This document shows, piece after piece, positions 10,870 through 20,438 of a stretch of DNA of 64,000 nucleotides. Each line of letters opens with the position of its first letter. The first letter of the stretch is position 1. A program made the position numbers and the translations under genes. The notes below the pieces were generated by a model. That model was not told the origin of the DNA. It searched no databases and worked only from the letters and a program-made list of their open reading frames with translations. This stretch comes from an uncultured candidate division WWE3 bacterium (lineage in GTDB: Bacteria > Patescibacteriota > WWE3 > UBA101185 > UBA10185), in NCBI GenBank assembly GCA_903879985.1, contig CAIRNR010000007.1, positions 69,382 through 133,381 on the forward strand, read 5' to 3'.

Positions 10870-11625
10870 ATGCTTAAAAAAATAATGAAAGTAATAAGAT
10901 CCTCTGCAACAGTATTATTGACCATTGCGTTATTATTTTATGTTTTTCAGAAAGTATCTTTTCTAACTTTAGTGACTCTATTTTCAATAACAAATACCCA
11001 ACCGATTTTTAACGCTTTTTTACTAACAATTCCCTGCATTCTTATAAAAATATATAAAAGCAAACTTCTATCAAAAGAAATTTCAAATAAAAACCCGGCT
11101 AAATATGAGTCACTCTCATTTATAGATACCGTATCCGAAATGTGGGTTGCCTTTTTCTTTGTGCTGTTAGGAGGCCAGAAATTACTGAGCGGCATGTATT
11201 CCACCATTGCCATTATAATAATTACAGCTATCTTTATATTTCTATATCAATTTAGACACATAAACAAAAATATTACAAAAATTATACCGTTGGTTACATG
11301 GATATCTTGGCCTTTATCCAACATAATTTTAGTCTTATCATTTCTTTCTATGGCGTTGTACCTTACTCAAGCTTACTTGTTGCTTTCGGCTTTTCAGACT
11401 GTGGCGATCTCCACAATACTAGCAGTATTCCCAATCGTACTGATGGTTGGCCTTTTGCCGTTTACGTTTGGTGGACTTGGCCTGAGAGAGCTAGTAGCAA
11501 TTTACCTTTTGGCGCAGTTTGGCGTTTCAGCACCGGTAGCAGTAATCGTAAGCATTATGCTTTTTGTATTTGATACACTTATTCCAGATGTATTATGGAG
11601 GGGCGATGCAAAGGCCATTCGATAG
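10870..11625 (+). CDS. LPG_synthase_TM / flippase-like membrane protein
   Basis: Very hydrophobic, with the family motif LPFTFGGLGLRE. Confidence 0.7.
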   Translation: MLKKIMKVIRSSATVLLTIALLFYVFQKVSFLTLVTLFSITNTQPIFNAFLLTIPCILIKIYKSKLLSKEISNKNPAKYESLSFIDTVSEMWVAFFFVLLGGQKLLSGMYSTIAIIIITAIFIFLYQFRHINKNITKIIPLVTWISWPLSNIILVLSFLSMALYLTQAYLLLSAFQTVAISTILAVFPIVLMVGLLPFTFGGLGLRELVAIYLLAQFGVSAPVAVIVSIMLFVFDTLIPDVLWRGDAKAIR

Positions 11626-13114
11626 ATTTGAAAAATATGTTTGGGTTGGCGCTATATTAGTATCCCTTGTTGCTTGGTACATATCCTTTACCCACGGTTA
11701 CGTTCTTACTTACAACGATGCCGCGTCACATTTGAATATCGCCCGACGTGTTTTCGACAACCTTACACCAGGTTTCGCGCAAATAGGTACCGTATGGCTA
11801 CCACTTCCACACATACTAATGCTTATATTTGCTTGGAATGATTTTTTATGGCATACGGGTTTAGCAGGCAGCATTATATCTATGACATCTTTTGTTGTCG
11901 CCGTTGGTTTTGTTTATAAAACAGTGTTTAAGCTCACAAAAAACCCGTTTGCTGCCACTTTAGGTGCAACCGTAATGATACTTAATCCAAACTTTTTATA
12001 CCTTCAAACAACACCAATGACTGAACCCTTGCTAATTGCTTTAATATCAATAATTGCATATTTAGTTGCATGTTATATAGAAGATCCTAAAGTCGAAACC
12101 ATTGTACTGTTAGGAGCATTTGTATCTGCAGCTACACTTACAAGATATGACGGCTGGTTTATATATTTAACTTTATTGATAACCTTGCCTGTCTGGAATT
12201 TAGTTAATTATGGTAGAGCAAAAGCCGAGGGCGCATTGTTTTTATTTGCACCAATTGGTGGTTTCGGAATATTTTTATGGTTTTTATGGAACTTAGTGAT
12301 ATTTGGTGATCCACTTTATTTCATGACAGGTCCCTATTCTGCATATACACAACAAAGATATTTGCATAGCGTTGGGCAACTACCTACCGAAGGTCATATT
12401 TGGACTTCCATTTTTTATTACGTTTCGTCCGTCATAGATAACAATGGCTTGAGTGTATGTTGTTTAAGTATAGTCGCACTAGCGATTTGCGCTTTTGCAT
12501 TTAAAAAAAGAAAGATAGTACCAATTATATTAATAGCACTCGCTCCACTGGTATTTAATATAATTTCATTGTTCCTGGGACAGTCAGGAATGGACGTACC
12601 ACAGGCTGCAATTAATCCAGGGCTTTTTAACATTCGCTACGGGTTGATAATGTTACCTGCTATTGCTATTTTAGTAGGTTTATTAGCGACGCTACCAAAA
12701 GTTAAATATTTTATTTTAGCTATACTGCTTGTTCAATTAGGATTATTTGTAATGCAAGGTAAACCAATTATCCTTGTAGATGGAATGAATGGTTTAAAAA
12801 GTACAACCTACACTGTTGTCGCAAGTAAATGGATTAAAGAAAATTATCAAGGAGGCTTAATATTAACAAGTCTAGCATCCCACGATGCATTTGTTGCACG
12901 AGCACAACTTCCAATTAGAGATTACGTACATGAAGGTACTAGGGAATACTGGGATCATGCGCTATTTCATCCTTCAGGTAATGTTGAATATATAGCCACT
13001 ATGGTTTATCCTCCAGATCTAGTATACAAGGCAATAAAAGACAACCCAGATTTTATAAAAAATTTTGACCTCGTTTATTCGTATGATACTTTTAATATAT
13101 ACAAGCACAAATGA
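11606..13114 (+). CDS. GT-C fold (PMT/ArnT/GT39-like) integral membrane glycosyltransferase
   Basis: ATG at 11606 follows GGAGGGG. Motifs YNDAASHLNIARRVFDNLTPGFAQIG, QTTPMTE and LTRYDG. Confidence 0.75.
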   Translation: MQRPFDRFEKYVWVGAILVSLVAWYISFTHGYVLTYNDAASHLNIARRVFDNLTPGFAQIGTVWLPLPHILMLIFAWNDFLWHTGLAGSIISMTSFVVAVGFVYKTVFKLTKNPFAATLGATVMILNPNFLYLQTTPMTEPLLIALISIIAYLVACYIEDPKVETIVLLGAFVSAATLTRYDGWFIYLTLLITLPVWNLVNYGRAKAEGALFLFAPIGGFGIFLWFLWNLVIFGDPLYFMTGPYSAYTQQRYLHSVGQLPTEGHIWTSIFYYVSSVIDNNGLSVCCLSIVALAICAFAFKKRKIVPIILIALAPLVFNIISLFLGQSGMDVPQAAINPGLFNIRYGLIMLPAIAILVGLLATLPKVKYFILAILLVQLGLFVMQGKPIILVDGMNGLKSTTYTVVASKWIKENYQGGLILTSLASHDAFVARAQLPIRDYVHEGTREYWDHALFHPSGNVEYIATMVYPPDLVYKAIKDNPDFIKNFDLVYSYDTFNIYKHK

Positions 13115-14397
13115 AAAAAGTATTAATTTTTTTTATTGTAGTTTTTTGTTTTAATCATTCCCCTACTTCTGCACAAGGTTTACCTGTAACAGCACCTCCT
13201 GAAATATGGAGTATTCGTTCTGTAGATACAATGAAAACTTCTCGTGATAAGGCACGCGCCGAGCTATACAACAAATCGTATGATAATGTAATCGATAACG
13301 ATTTAAAAATTATAAAAGAGATGGGGGCAAACTATGTTGCTATTGATACACCCTACGACGACGAATTCTTACCTTATTTAAAGCGCTGGGTGGCACACGC
13401 ACGTAGTTTTGGTTTAAAAGTATGGTATAGAGGCAACTGGTCAAACTGGGAAGGCTGGTTTGATTATCCAAAGAATATGTCGCCGACAGAACACATTGCA
13501 AAAACATCCGAATTTGTAGAAAAGCATTCTGATATTTTTGAGGATGGTGACATTTTTGATCCATGTCCGGAATGTGAAAATGCGGGTTTTTGGCAATTAA
13601 ATAGTAACAATGCCGCATACAATCAATTCTTACAAGATCAACAAGCCGGTTTAAAAAAATCGTTTAATAAAATAAATAAACAAGTTTATACAAACATATT
13701 TTCTATTATTGGTGGACGTGCACGAGAAGTATTAGATAAACAAACCGCAAATAACCTTGATAATACGATAACAATAGATCATTATTTTAAAAATACTTCA
13801 TCGCTTGCAGATTATTACAACCATTTTTCTAAAGATCTAAATTCACATATTATTTTTGGAGAATTTGGCGCACCAATTCCAGATATTAATGGAAATATGG
13901 ATGAAAATAAGCAAGCCGAATTTATTTATGATGCGTTTAGTAATTTTTATGAAAACAAAGATGTTGTAATAGGTATTAATTATAACGTTTTAGCTGAAGG
14001 AAGTTCTGCGTTGGTGAATTATGATAGAACACCTAGAAAAGCAATCGAGGTAATCAAAGATTTTTATATTCCAGGTAGTGTACAAGGTGTAGTAACAAAT
14101 ACGCTATGCGAAAAAGTTCCTAACCTTTACATTGGTACTAAAGAGATACCAGAACTAGCAATTACAAATAGTGATGGTGAATATAGGGTAGTTGCACCAG
14201 CTGGAAACATTCAAATTTCAACTGATGGAACATATTATAAAAATTTAACCCGGGATATCACTATTACTAGAGGATCTACGTTAGCACTAAACATCGTAGT
14301 GGAACCCGAAAATCCGACCATTATTTACAAACTCCGATTGTGGCTAAATCAAGTGCTGTTAGAAATTAGAGTTAAACTAAAAAAATTTAATTTATAA
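13111..14397 (+). CDS. Secreted putative glycoside hydrolase (clan GH-A-like TIM barrel) with C-terminal carboxypeptidase-regulatory-like domain
   Basis: Signal peptide; KEMGANYV, CPECEN, IDHY and FGEFGAP motifs; C-terminal TNSDGEY. Confidence 0.6.
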   Translation: MKKVLIFFIVVFCFNHSPTSAQGLPVTAPPEIWSIRSVDTMKTSRDKARAELYNKSYDNVIDNDLKIIKEMGANYVAIDTPYDDEFLPYLKRWVAHARSFGLKVWYRGNWSNWEGWFDYPKNMSPTEHIAKTSEFVEKHSDIFEDGDIFDPCPECENAGFWQLNSNNAAYNQFLQDQQAGLKKSFNKINKQVYTNIFSIIGGRAREVLDKQTANNLDNTITIDHYFKNTSSLADYYNHFSKDLNSHIIFGEFGAPIPDINGNMDENKQAEFIYDAFSNFYENKDVVIGINYNVLAEGSSALVNYDRTPRKAIEVIKDFYIPGSVQGVVTNTLCEKVPNLYIGTKEIPELAITNSDGEYRVVAPAGNIQISTDGTYYKNLTRDITITRGSTLALNIVVEPENPTIIYKLRLWLNQVLLEIRVKLKKFNL

Positions 14398-14422
14398 AGA
14401 AGAAAAACTACAACACTAACAC

Positions 14423-16246
14423 CTAATCATTTTGCGAATGAAACATCCGCGAATACAACGTTCCTGTGCGGTCCGCCAACTCCTCATGCGTTCCTTGCTC
14501 AACTATCTGACCATCATCGATTACGTAAATAAAGTCCGCTTTTTTTACCGTGGCAAACCTATGCGAAACCATAACAATTGTTTTTTCTTTTGCAAATTCT
14601 CTTATGTTTGTAAATATTTGTTCCTCGGCCAAAGCATCAATAGCACTTGTTGGTTCATCTAAAATGATAAGTTTTGGATCTCTATAAAATACGCGGGCAA
14701 TTGCTAACCTTTGCCACTGACCACCGGAAGGATTTGTTCCGTCGGTAATATCTCGAGCTAAATAAGTTTCATATTGTTTTGGGTAATTTTGAATAAACTC
14801 ATCCGCTTTTGCTTTTTTTGCGGCCTCAACAATATTTATCATAGTCATTGGTTTATCAACGTCACCGATAAAGATATTTTCCCAAGCCTTAAACTCAAAG
14901 GTCATAAAGTCCTGAGAAAGTATTCCAATTCTTTTGTAATACTCATCAAGTTCTAGTTCTTTAATATTTTGCCCGTTTATTAATATCGAACCTTTTGTTG
15001 GATCATACGCACGCAACATAAGTTTTATTAATGTAGTTTTTCCGGCTCCGTTTTTTCCAACTAAAGCAATATCTTTGTTTGCAGGGATTTTAAAACTTAC
15101 ATCTTTCAAAACCATTTTTTCGGTTCCGGGATATTTAAATGAAACATCTTTAAACTCAATTTCAACTCCATTAGTTACATCAATGTTCTTTGTACCGTTT
15201 GGAACTTGCACTCGTGGGACGAAATTTAAATAATCATAAAAAGTTTCAAAAAAAGCACCGTCACTTAAAACTGTAGTTAATTGCTCAAAAGCGTAACTTA
15301 CAATACTTCTCATGCTTTGGAATAAAGTAACAACAAAGAAAAATTGACCAACCGAAACTCGCCCGTTGATTAGCAATGCAAACACGTAATAAAAACCTGC
15401 TACTGTAAAAGCAAATTCCCAAAGTCGTGAAAGCATTGTGAACAATAATCTTTTTCTTTCGTTTACCTCTAATTTATCTACAAATATTTTATTCAAATGT
15501 AAGGCAGTGTTTAATAAATATTTTCCATAACCAAACACTTTCATTTCGGTAAAGTGAGAGGGACTATCCATAAACAAATAATTTCTATATTTGGAGTAAA
15601 TAACTTTTTCTTCAGACATCGAATCCCAAATTCCCCAAACCTGTTTCCCAAACTTTAGATTTATAACAATTGGGAGAATTAACGAAACTATAGCCATTAA
15701 AACTATTCGCCAATCGTAAGCGCTAAATATTGCAATTATTACACCGGCCGAAATAAAGGAAGTAATAACCGTTGTAAGTGACATTATTATTTGAGAAATT
15801 TTAAAGCCGTTTCCATCTACTTTACTTTTAAGTCGCACAAAATCCGGATCTTCAAAGTAGTGAACTTTTGCTTTTAATGTAGCTTGAAAACCTATAAGGT
15901 CGCGTGTGTTTTGATTTCTGAGTGCAAACAATTGAATAACAAAGTTGTTGATATCGTAAATAAACTTATCGGTCAGTAGTATTGCGCTGGCAACGATTAA
16001 TATAAACATAAAGCTTTGCACATTGGCAGCGGAAGTAGTTGATGGAGTTATTGTTTTTACAGCGGCATCAATCATTTTACCTAACGTGAAACTTTCGACT
16101 TGTGGTAAAAAGCTGGAGATGAGTGCAAAAGCAAAAAAGGCGATTGAAAGTATGGGGTTTAAGCCATATACCTTTTTTAGGATGTACCAAAGGTAAAAGA
16201 TAAATTTATGCTTTTTGCGCGTAGTAGGCTCTGTTTTGTTCGCCAT
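14423..16246 (-). CDS. ABC exporter, fused permease/ATPase
   Basis: N-terminal TM domain; Walker A GKNGAGKTT, SGGQWQR signature, ILDEPT. Confidence 0.95.
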   Translation of the reverse strand: MANKTEPTTRKKHKFIFYLWYILKKVYGLNPILSIAFFAFALISSFLPQVESFTLGKMIDAAVKTITPSTTSAANVQSFMFILIVASAILLTDKFIYDINNFVIQLFALRNQNTRDLIGFQATLKAKVHYFEDPDFVRLKSKVDGNGFKISQIIMSLTTVITSFISAGVIIAIFSAYDWRIVLMAIVSLILPIVINLKFGKQVWGIWDSMSEEKVIYSKYRNYLFMDSPSHFTEMKVFGYGKYLLNTALHLNKIFVDKLEVNERKRLLFTMLSRLWEFAFTVAGFYYVFALLINGRVSVGQFFFVVTLFQSMRSIVSYAFEQLTTVLSDGAFFETFYDYLNFVPRVQVPNGTKNIDVTNGVEIEFKDVSFKYPGTEKMVLKDVSFKIPANKDIALVGKNGAGKTTLIKLMLRAYDPTKGSILINGQNIKELELDEYYKRIGILSQDFMTFEFKAWENIFIGDVDKPMTMINIVEAAKKAKADEFIQNYPKQYETYLARDITDGTNPSGGQWQRLAIARVFYRDPKLIILDEPTSAIDALAEEQIFTNIREFAKEKTIVMVSHRFATVKKADFIYVIDDGQIVEQGTHEELADRTGTLYSRMFHSQND

Positions 16247-16341
16247 ATATGTTAATGATACAGTTTTTTGTTGGTTTTAAAAGGAATCTTTGTGGATTTT
16301 TTTGGGTTTTTGGTTATAATTTGAGGGTTAATTGCACATTC

Positions 16342-16467
16342 GCCAGAGGATGAGCTTGCTCGCCCCGCAATTTGCGGGACTGCGCTTCCTCATACACTGG
16401 CACTCTCGCGTAGCTCGTGTGCCAGAGTAAGGGTTACCATACTCTGTCTCGTTCTCTTCGTTCACTC
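16342..16467 (+). repeat. Two stem-loops starting GCCAGAG (copy of the tRNA-Thr acceptor 5' strand), each followed by a 19-nt linker
   Basis: GCCAGAG at 16342, 16421 and 16468. Stems span 16342-16401 and 16421-16448; linkers span 16402-16420 and 16449-16467. Confidence 0.7.
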
Positions 16468-16543
16468 GCCAGAGTAGCTCAGTTGGTAGAGCGCCGGTAT
16501 CGTAAACCGAAGGTCGTGAGTTCGATTCTCACCTCTGGCTCCA
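16468..16543 (+). tRNA. tRNA-Thr(CGT)
   Basis: Cloverleaf: GCCAGAG/CTCTGGC acceptor, GCTC/GAGC D arm, anticodon loop ATCGTAA, GTGAG-TTCGATT-CTCAC T arm, encoded CCA. Confidence 0.93.
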
Positions 16544-16888
16544 TAAATCTGCTAAAAGTTTTTTAGCCTGTGTTGCTTGTGAATTTGTAAGTTCTCCAAG
16601 CTTTGCCTCTAACCTATCTACGTCTACGGTACGTATATACCACAGCAATGCTAGGGAATCTTTATCAAGAGCACCCTTACGCTTGATGCGTAACTCATAT
16701 TTCGACTTTTTAACTTTTCTTGTAGTGAATGGACATATAGCCACAAGTCGTGGATCGATGTCATTAATATTTTCGTTAACAATAAATGCTGGACGATACT
16801 TTCCTATCTCAGAACCACGTGACGGATGAAAACGTACAAGGAATATTTCACCGAATTTGTATGCGACATTACTTACGTTTTTTATCAT
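16529..16888 (-). CDS. mazF: MazF/PemK family type II toxin (endoribonuclease)
   Basis: Motifs GEIFLVRFHPSRGSEIGKYRPAFIV, ICPFTT and IRTVDVDRL; overlaps the upstream antitoxin. Confidence 0.85.
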   Translation of the reverse strand: MIKNVSNVAYKFGEIFLVRFHPSRGSEIGKYRPAFIVNENINDIDPRLVAICPFTTRKVKKSKYELRIKRKGALDKDSLALLWYIRTVDVDRLEAKLGELTNSQATQAKKLLADLWSQR

Positions 16889-17192
16889 TTCTTTCCTCTT
16901 CCTCCAAATAATCAAGCATTCTATCTAAATCGTACTGTTCTTCTAAAGCTAATTCTTCCATGTCAGGATCAAATGCATATCTTTTTTTAACAAGAAGTGC
17001 TTCTAATACCAACTGAGTAAGTAACTTACTTCTATCTATATTTGGAAATTCTTTGTCTAGTTCCTCAACAACAACTTTTGGCATAACAACCTGTAATCTT
17101 TTGTCTGACTTTATATCGCCATAGGCATACGCAATTGAGATATCTTTGAGTAAGTAATAGGTTTTATCTAATGTGTATTCTTTCTTCTTCAT
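16869..17192 (-). CDS. Putative ribbon-helix-helix antitoxin
   Basis: KRLQVVMPKVVVEELD..DRSKLL (RHH-like) with an acidic C-terminus, directly upstream of and overlapping the toxin. Confidence 0.7.
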   Translation of the reverse strand: MKKKEYTLDKTYYLLKDISIAYAYGDIKSDKRLQVVMPKVVVEELDKEFPNIDRSKLLTQLVLEALLVKKRYAFDPDMEELALEEQYDLDRMLDYLEEEERNDKKRK

Positions 17193-17288
17193 GTGTACAT
17201 TTATACACACAATAATTAGTTTTGTAAATAAAAAAATGCGCTAAAAACAAATATATTGCTCTTAGCGCATGTGACAGAAAAACACTAT

Positions 17289-17540
17289 CTACTTCTCGTC
17301 TTTTGGAAACTCCGGAGGAACATATTTGCCATATTTTCGTTGCTCCTCGTAATTCGATAACCACGCATCCGCGGCCCAACCTAAGACAACCAACAAAATT
17401 CCCAATACAGTTCCCAACCAAACATTAAAGTTAAAAGCAACACCGGCTTTGTAACCACCAAGGCCTCCAAGAAAAAGCGTGAACAATACAAGACCTACAA
17501 TTAACCAGCCAAAACCTTTTGGGGGATTTATCCAACCCAT
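17289..17540 (-). CDS. Small 2-TM membrane protein
   Basis: Two hydrophobic helices; ATG preceded by GAGGG. Confidence 0.6.
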   Translation of the reverse strand: MGWINPPKGFGWLIVGLVLFTLFLGGLGGYKAGVAFNFNVWLGTVLGILLVVLGWAADAWLSNYEEQRKYGKYVPPEFPKDEK

Positions 17541-17644
17541 TTTTATACCCTCACTTTCCTTTTCTATAAGATACAAAGCATTTTAAACCTCAAAAAACTT
17601 AAGTCAAATTAGCATAATGTGTACGGGTGTATAATTAAGACCTT

Positions 17645-18541
17645 ATGAAAAATTATAAAAAAGTCACAAAAGCAATAATAACTGCAGCAGGTTACGGGAC
17701 AAGATTTTTGCCGGCTACAAAGAATCAGCCGAAGGAAATGTTACCTATAATTGATAAGCCCATAATCCACTACCTTGTGGAAGAAGCAGTAGATTCTGGA
17801 ATCGAAACTATTATTCTCGTGACACGCGCCGGAAACAATATTATGGAAGATTATTTTGATAATCGTTCGGACCTTGAATACACATTGGAAAAAAATGGCA
17901 AAACTGCAGCTTTAAAAATAGTTCAAGATATTCCACAAATGGCCAACTTTATTTACGTACGACAGAAAAAACATTTACCCTACGGTAACGGCACACCTCT
18001 GTTGGTTGCAAAAGATTTAATTGATCCAGGTGAGGCTTTTGTTTATATGTTCGGCGACGACTTAACTATTTGCCGAGACGCACCTCCAATCACAAAACAA
18101 TTAATCGACGTTTTTCATGAACAAAATGCCACTGCTGTTTTAGGAGTTCAAGAAGTTCCTTGGGATGAAATAAATCGTTACGCCAGTATTAAGTACAAAG
18201 AAAACGCTGGTTATAAATACGAAATAGAAAAAGGTATTGAAAAAGTCCAAAAAGAAAACGCTCCTTCTAACATGGCACAATTTGGTCGTTTTGTATTTTC
18301 GTACGACGTTATTGAAGCCGCTCAAAGTACTTCAACCGGTAAAGACGGGGAACTTTGGATTATCGATATCTTAAATCAACTCGCAGCCGAAGGTAAAAAA
18401 GTAATCGCTCAACCAATTGACGGGGAATGGCTTACAACAGGTGATCCTCTTAGATACCTAAAAACAACCTTAAAATTCGCGATGGAACGCGAGGATTTGC
18501 GCGACGAGATTAGAGATTTTATAAAAAAAGAGATACAATAG
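17645..18541 (+). CDS. galU: UTP--glucose-1-phosphate uridylyltransferase
   Basis: AAGYGTRFLPATKNQPKEMLPIIDKP signature. Confidence 0.92.
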   Translation: MKNYKKVTKAIITAAGYGTRFLPATKNQPKEMLPIIDKPIIHYLVEEAVDSGIETIILVTRAGNNIMEDYFDNRSDLEYTLEKNGKTAALKIVQDIPQMANFIYVRQKKHLPYGNGTPLLVAKDLIDPGEAFVYMFGDDLTICRDAPPITKQLIDVFHEQNATAVLGVQEVPWDEINRYASIKYKENAGYKYEIEKGIEKVQKENAPSNMAQFGRFVFSYDVIEAAQSTSTGKDGELWIIDILNQLAAEGKKVIAQPIDGEWLTTGDPLRYLKTTLKFAMEREDLRDEIRDFIKKEIQ

Positions 18542-18550
18542 TAAGCGTAA

Positions 18551-19282
18551 ATGGCAAGTAGAAACTATAAATCACAACAACAAACTACTGAAGAAGAGCT
18601 TTCAAAAAGGCTCATGCTAACACTTTTGGGAATTGTAGGTATTATAGTATTTTGCTTCTTAGCTGTATTCGTTTTTGCACCTACCGTTGGCGCCTTTTTC
18701 GGTCTTTTTTCAAAGTATCGTAACCAACAGGAAACTACCATTACCGCACGCTTAAACCCACCTATTTTCAATAATATGCCCGACGCCGTAAAAGAAACTA
18801 CTATGTCTATTAACGGTTACGCCCAACCAGGTGTAAAGGTAAGAATATACGTTAATGGACCACAAGCAGGTGAAACAGTAGCGGCCGCAGATGGTGGTTT
18901 TACTTTTACTAACCTAAACTTAAACCAAGGAAAAAATACAATATTCGGAAAAGCTATAGACTCAACGGGAACCGAAAGTGATAAAACCGATAACTATAGT
19001 GTTACTGTCGACAACACAAAACCAAAATTAGAGATCACCAGTCCAAAAGATAAAGACACCGTTAGTAATCTAGATAAACGAATAATAGTTACAGGAAAAG
19101 TCGATAAGAAATCGACCATAACAGTTAATGGAAAAATGGCTATCTTAAAACCTGATTTAACATTTGAATTTTTATTAGGCGTTGATGAAGGTGACGTAAC
19201 AATAAAAGTTGAAGCTACCGATACAGCCGGAAATGTTTCTGATCAATCTATCAAGGTTAAATATCAGAAACAGAGCAACTAA
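18551..19282 (+). CDS. Membrane-anchored Ig-like domain protein
   Basis: N-terminal TM helix and two bacterial Ig-like repeats (VDNTKPKLEITSP, ATDTAGN). Confidence 0.75.
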   Translation: MASRNYKSQQQTTEEELSKRLMLTLLGIVGIIVFCFLAVFVFAPTVGAFFGLFSKYRNQQETTITARLNPPIFNNMPDAVKETTMSINGYAQPGVKVRIYVNGPQAGETVAAADGGFTFTNLNLNQGKNTIFGKAIDSTGTESDKTDNYSVTVDNTKPKLEITSPKDKDTVSNLDKRIIVTGKVDKKSTITVNGKMAILKPDLTFEFLLGVDEGDVTIKVEATDTAGNVSDQSIKVKYQKQSN

Positions 19283-20438
19283 AAAGTATCACCATAAATA
19301 CAAATAAAATCTGAGGATAAAATAAAGAGTTAATGAACAGTGATTCTAAAAGTAGTCCGCCAATAAAACTTACACATAATAACCAATCCTGTTTTCTACT
19401 TAGCAAAGAATTTAACAAGGGATAAAGAAGTGCCAACAAATAAAAAGCTAAACCCAATAAACCTGTGGTAGCCAAAACGAATAACAGGCTTGAATCCGAA
19501 CCTGCTCCTGAATGAACATTAAAAGTGTCTGGATCTAAAAATCCGTATTTAACTTGAACATACCTAAATGTATTGTAACCGGTTCCAAAAGCCAACGAAT
19601 CACGCGCTATTGACCAAGTATCTTTCCAAGAAGTTAAACGAAGGCTAGCAGAATCAGCGGGATCTGTAATTCCTGAGATACGTGTTTGAACCCGAGGCAC
19701 TGCAAAGTAAGCTAAGAACGCCAATATAATTGCTGCAAACAATAAATATTTATTCTTAAATAAACTGTAAACAAAAATAACTACCGCAAACATTAGCCAG
19801 GCACTACGTGAAAAGGTTAAAAACAACGCGACAGTAATTATTAAAGCAACTATTACTTCCCAAGCTTTTAGTTTTTTATAAAAGAAACGGTGCAACACCA
19901 AAGTTAAGCACATAACTAAATAGGCACCAGTAAAGTTTGGATCAAAAAAAGTTGAGGCTAACCTGTTTTTGTGAGGATCCCAACCAAGAGTTGGGTCAAG
20001 GGTAGTAAAGTCCGGAAGCACTACAAGCTGAATAAATCCTGCGATAGAAATAAATAAACCCGACAAAATTAAACTTGAATAAACTTTTTCCCGCGAGAGA
20101 ACTTCTGAATTTATCATATTAAACACAATAATTGCGTCTAGGATATATGCTGCCAATCTAACCCAGTAAAACCACGAAATAAGTATTTCCCGTAAAGAGA
20201 AGTTTTGAAAGTTAACCAATAAACTTAAAAGTGCGGATATTACAAAGAATAAAAATATAATTGAATACTTTGGAAGAACAAATTTCTTTTTTAACAGAAA
20301 ATACGCAACACCAAATATTCCAAAAACTAAAGATAAACCGTCAAACAAATAGAGGTTAGAATCTGCCGACCGAGATAATGATGAAAACTGTCCTAAAGAT
20401 AAAGTGAATAACAATGCATAGTACAAAACATTAAGCAT
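19257..20438 (-). CDS. O-antigen ligase/Wzy family membrane protein
   Basis: Motifs RLASTFFDPNF, LTFSRSAW and FGTGYNTF. Confidence 0.85.
   Translation of the reverse strand: MLNVLYYALLFTLSLGQFSSLSRSADSNLYLFDGLSLVFGIFGVAYFLLKKKFVLPKYSIIFLFFVISALLSLLVNFQNFSLREILISWFYWVRLAAYILDAIIVFNMINSEVLSREKVYSSLILSGLFISIAGFIQLVVLPDFTTLDPTLGWDPHKNRLASTFFDPNFTGAYLVMCLTLVLHRFFYKKLKAWEVIVALIITVALFLTFSRSAWLMFAVVIFVYSLFKNKYLLFAAIILAFLAYFAVPRVQTRISGITDPADSASLRLTSWKDTWSIARDSLAFGTGYNTFRYVQVKYGFLDPDTFNVHSGAGSDSSLLFVLATTGLLGLAFYLLALLYPLLNSLLSRKQDWLLCVSFIGGLLLESLFINSLFYPQILFVFMVILFSCSVSDI

Noticed and set aside
16342-16476. Mini CRISPR array
   Set aside because: The repeats are only 7-9 nt with unequal periods, and there are no cas genes.
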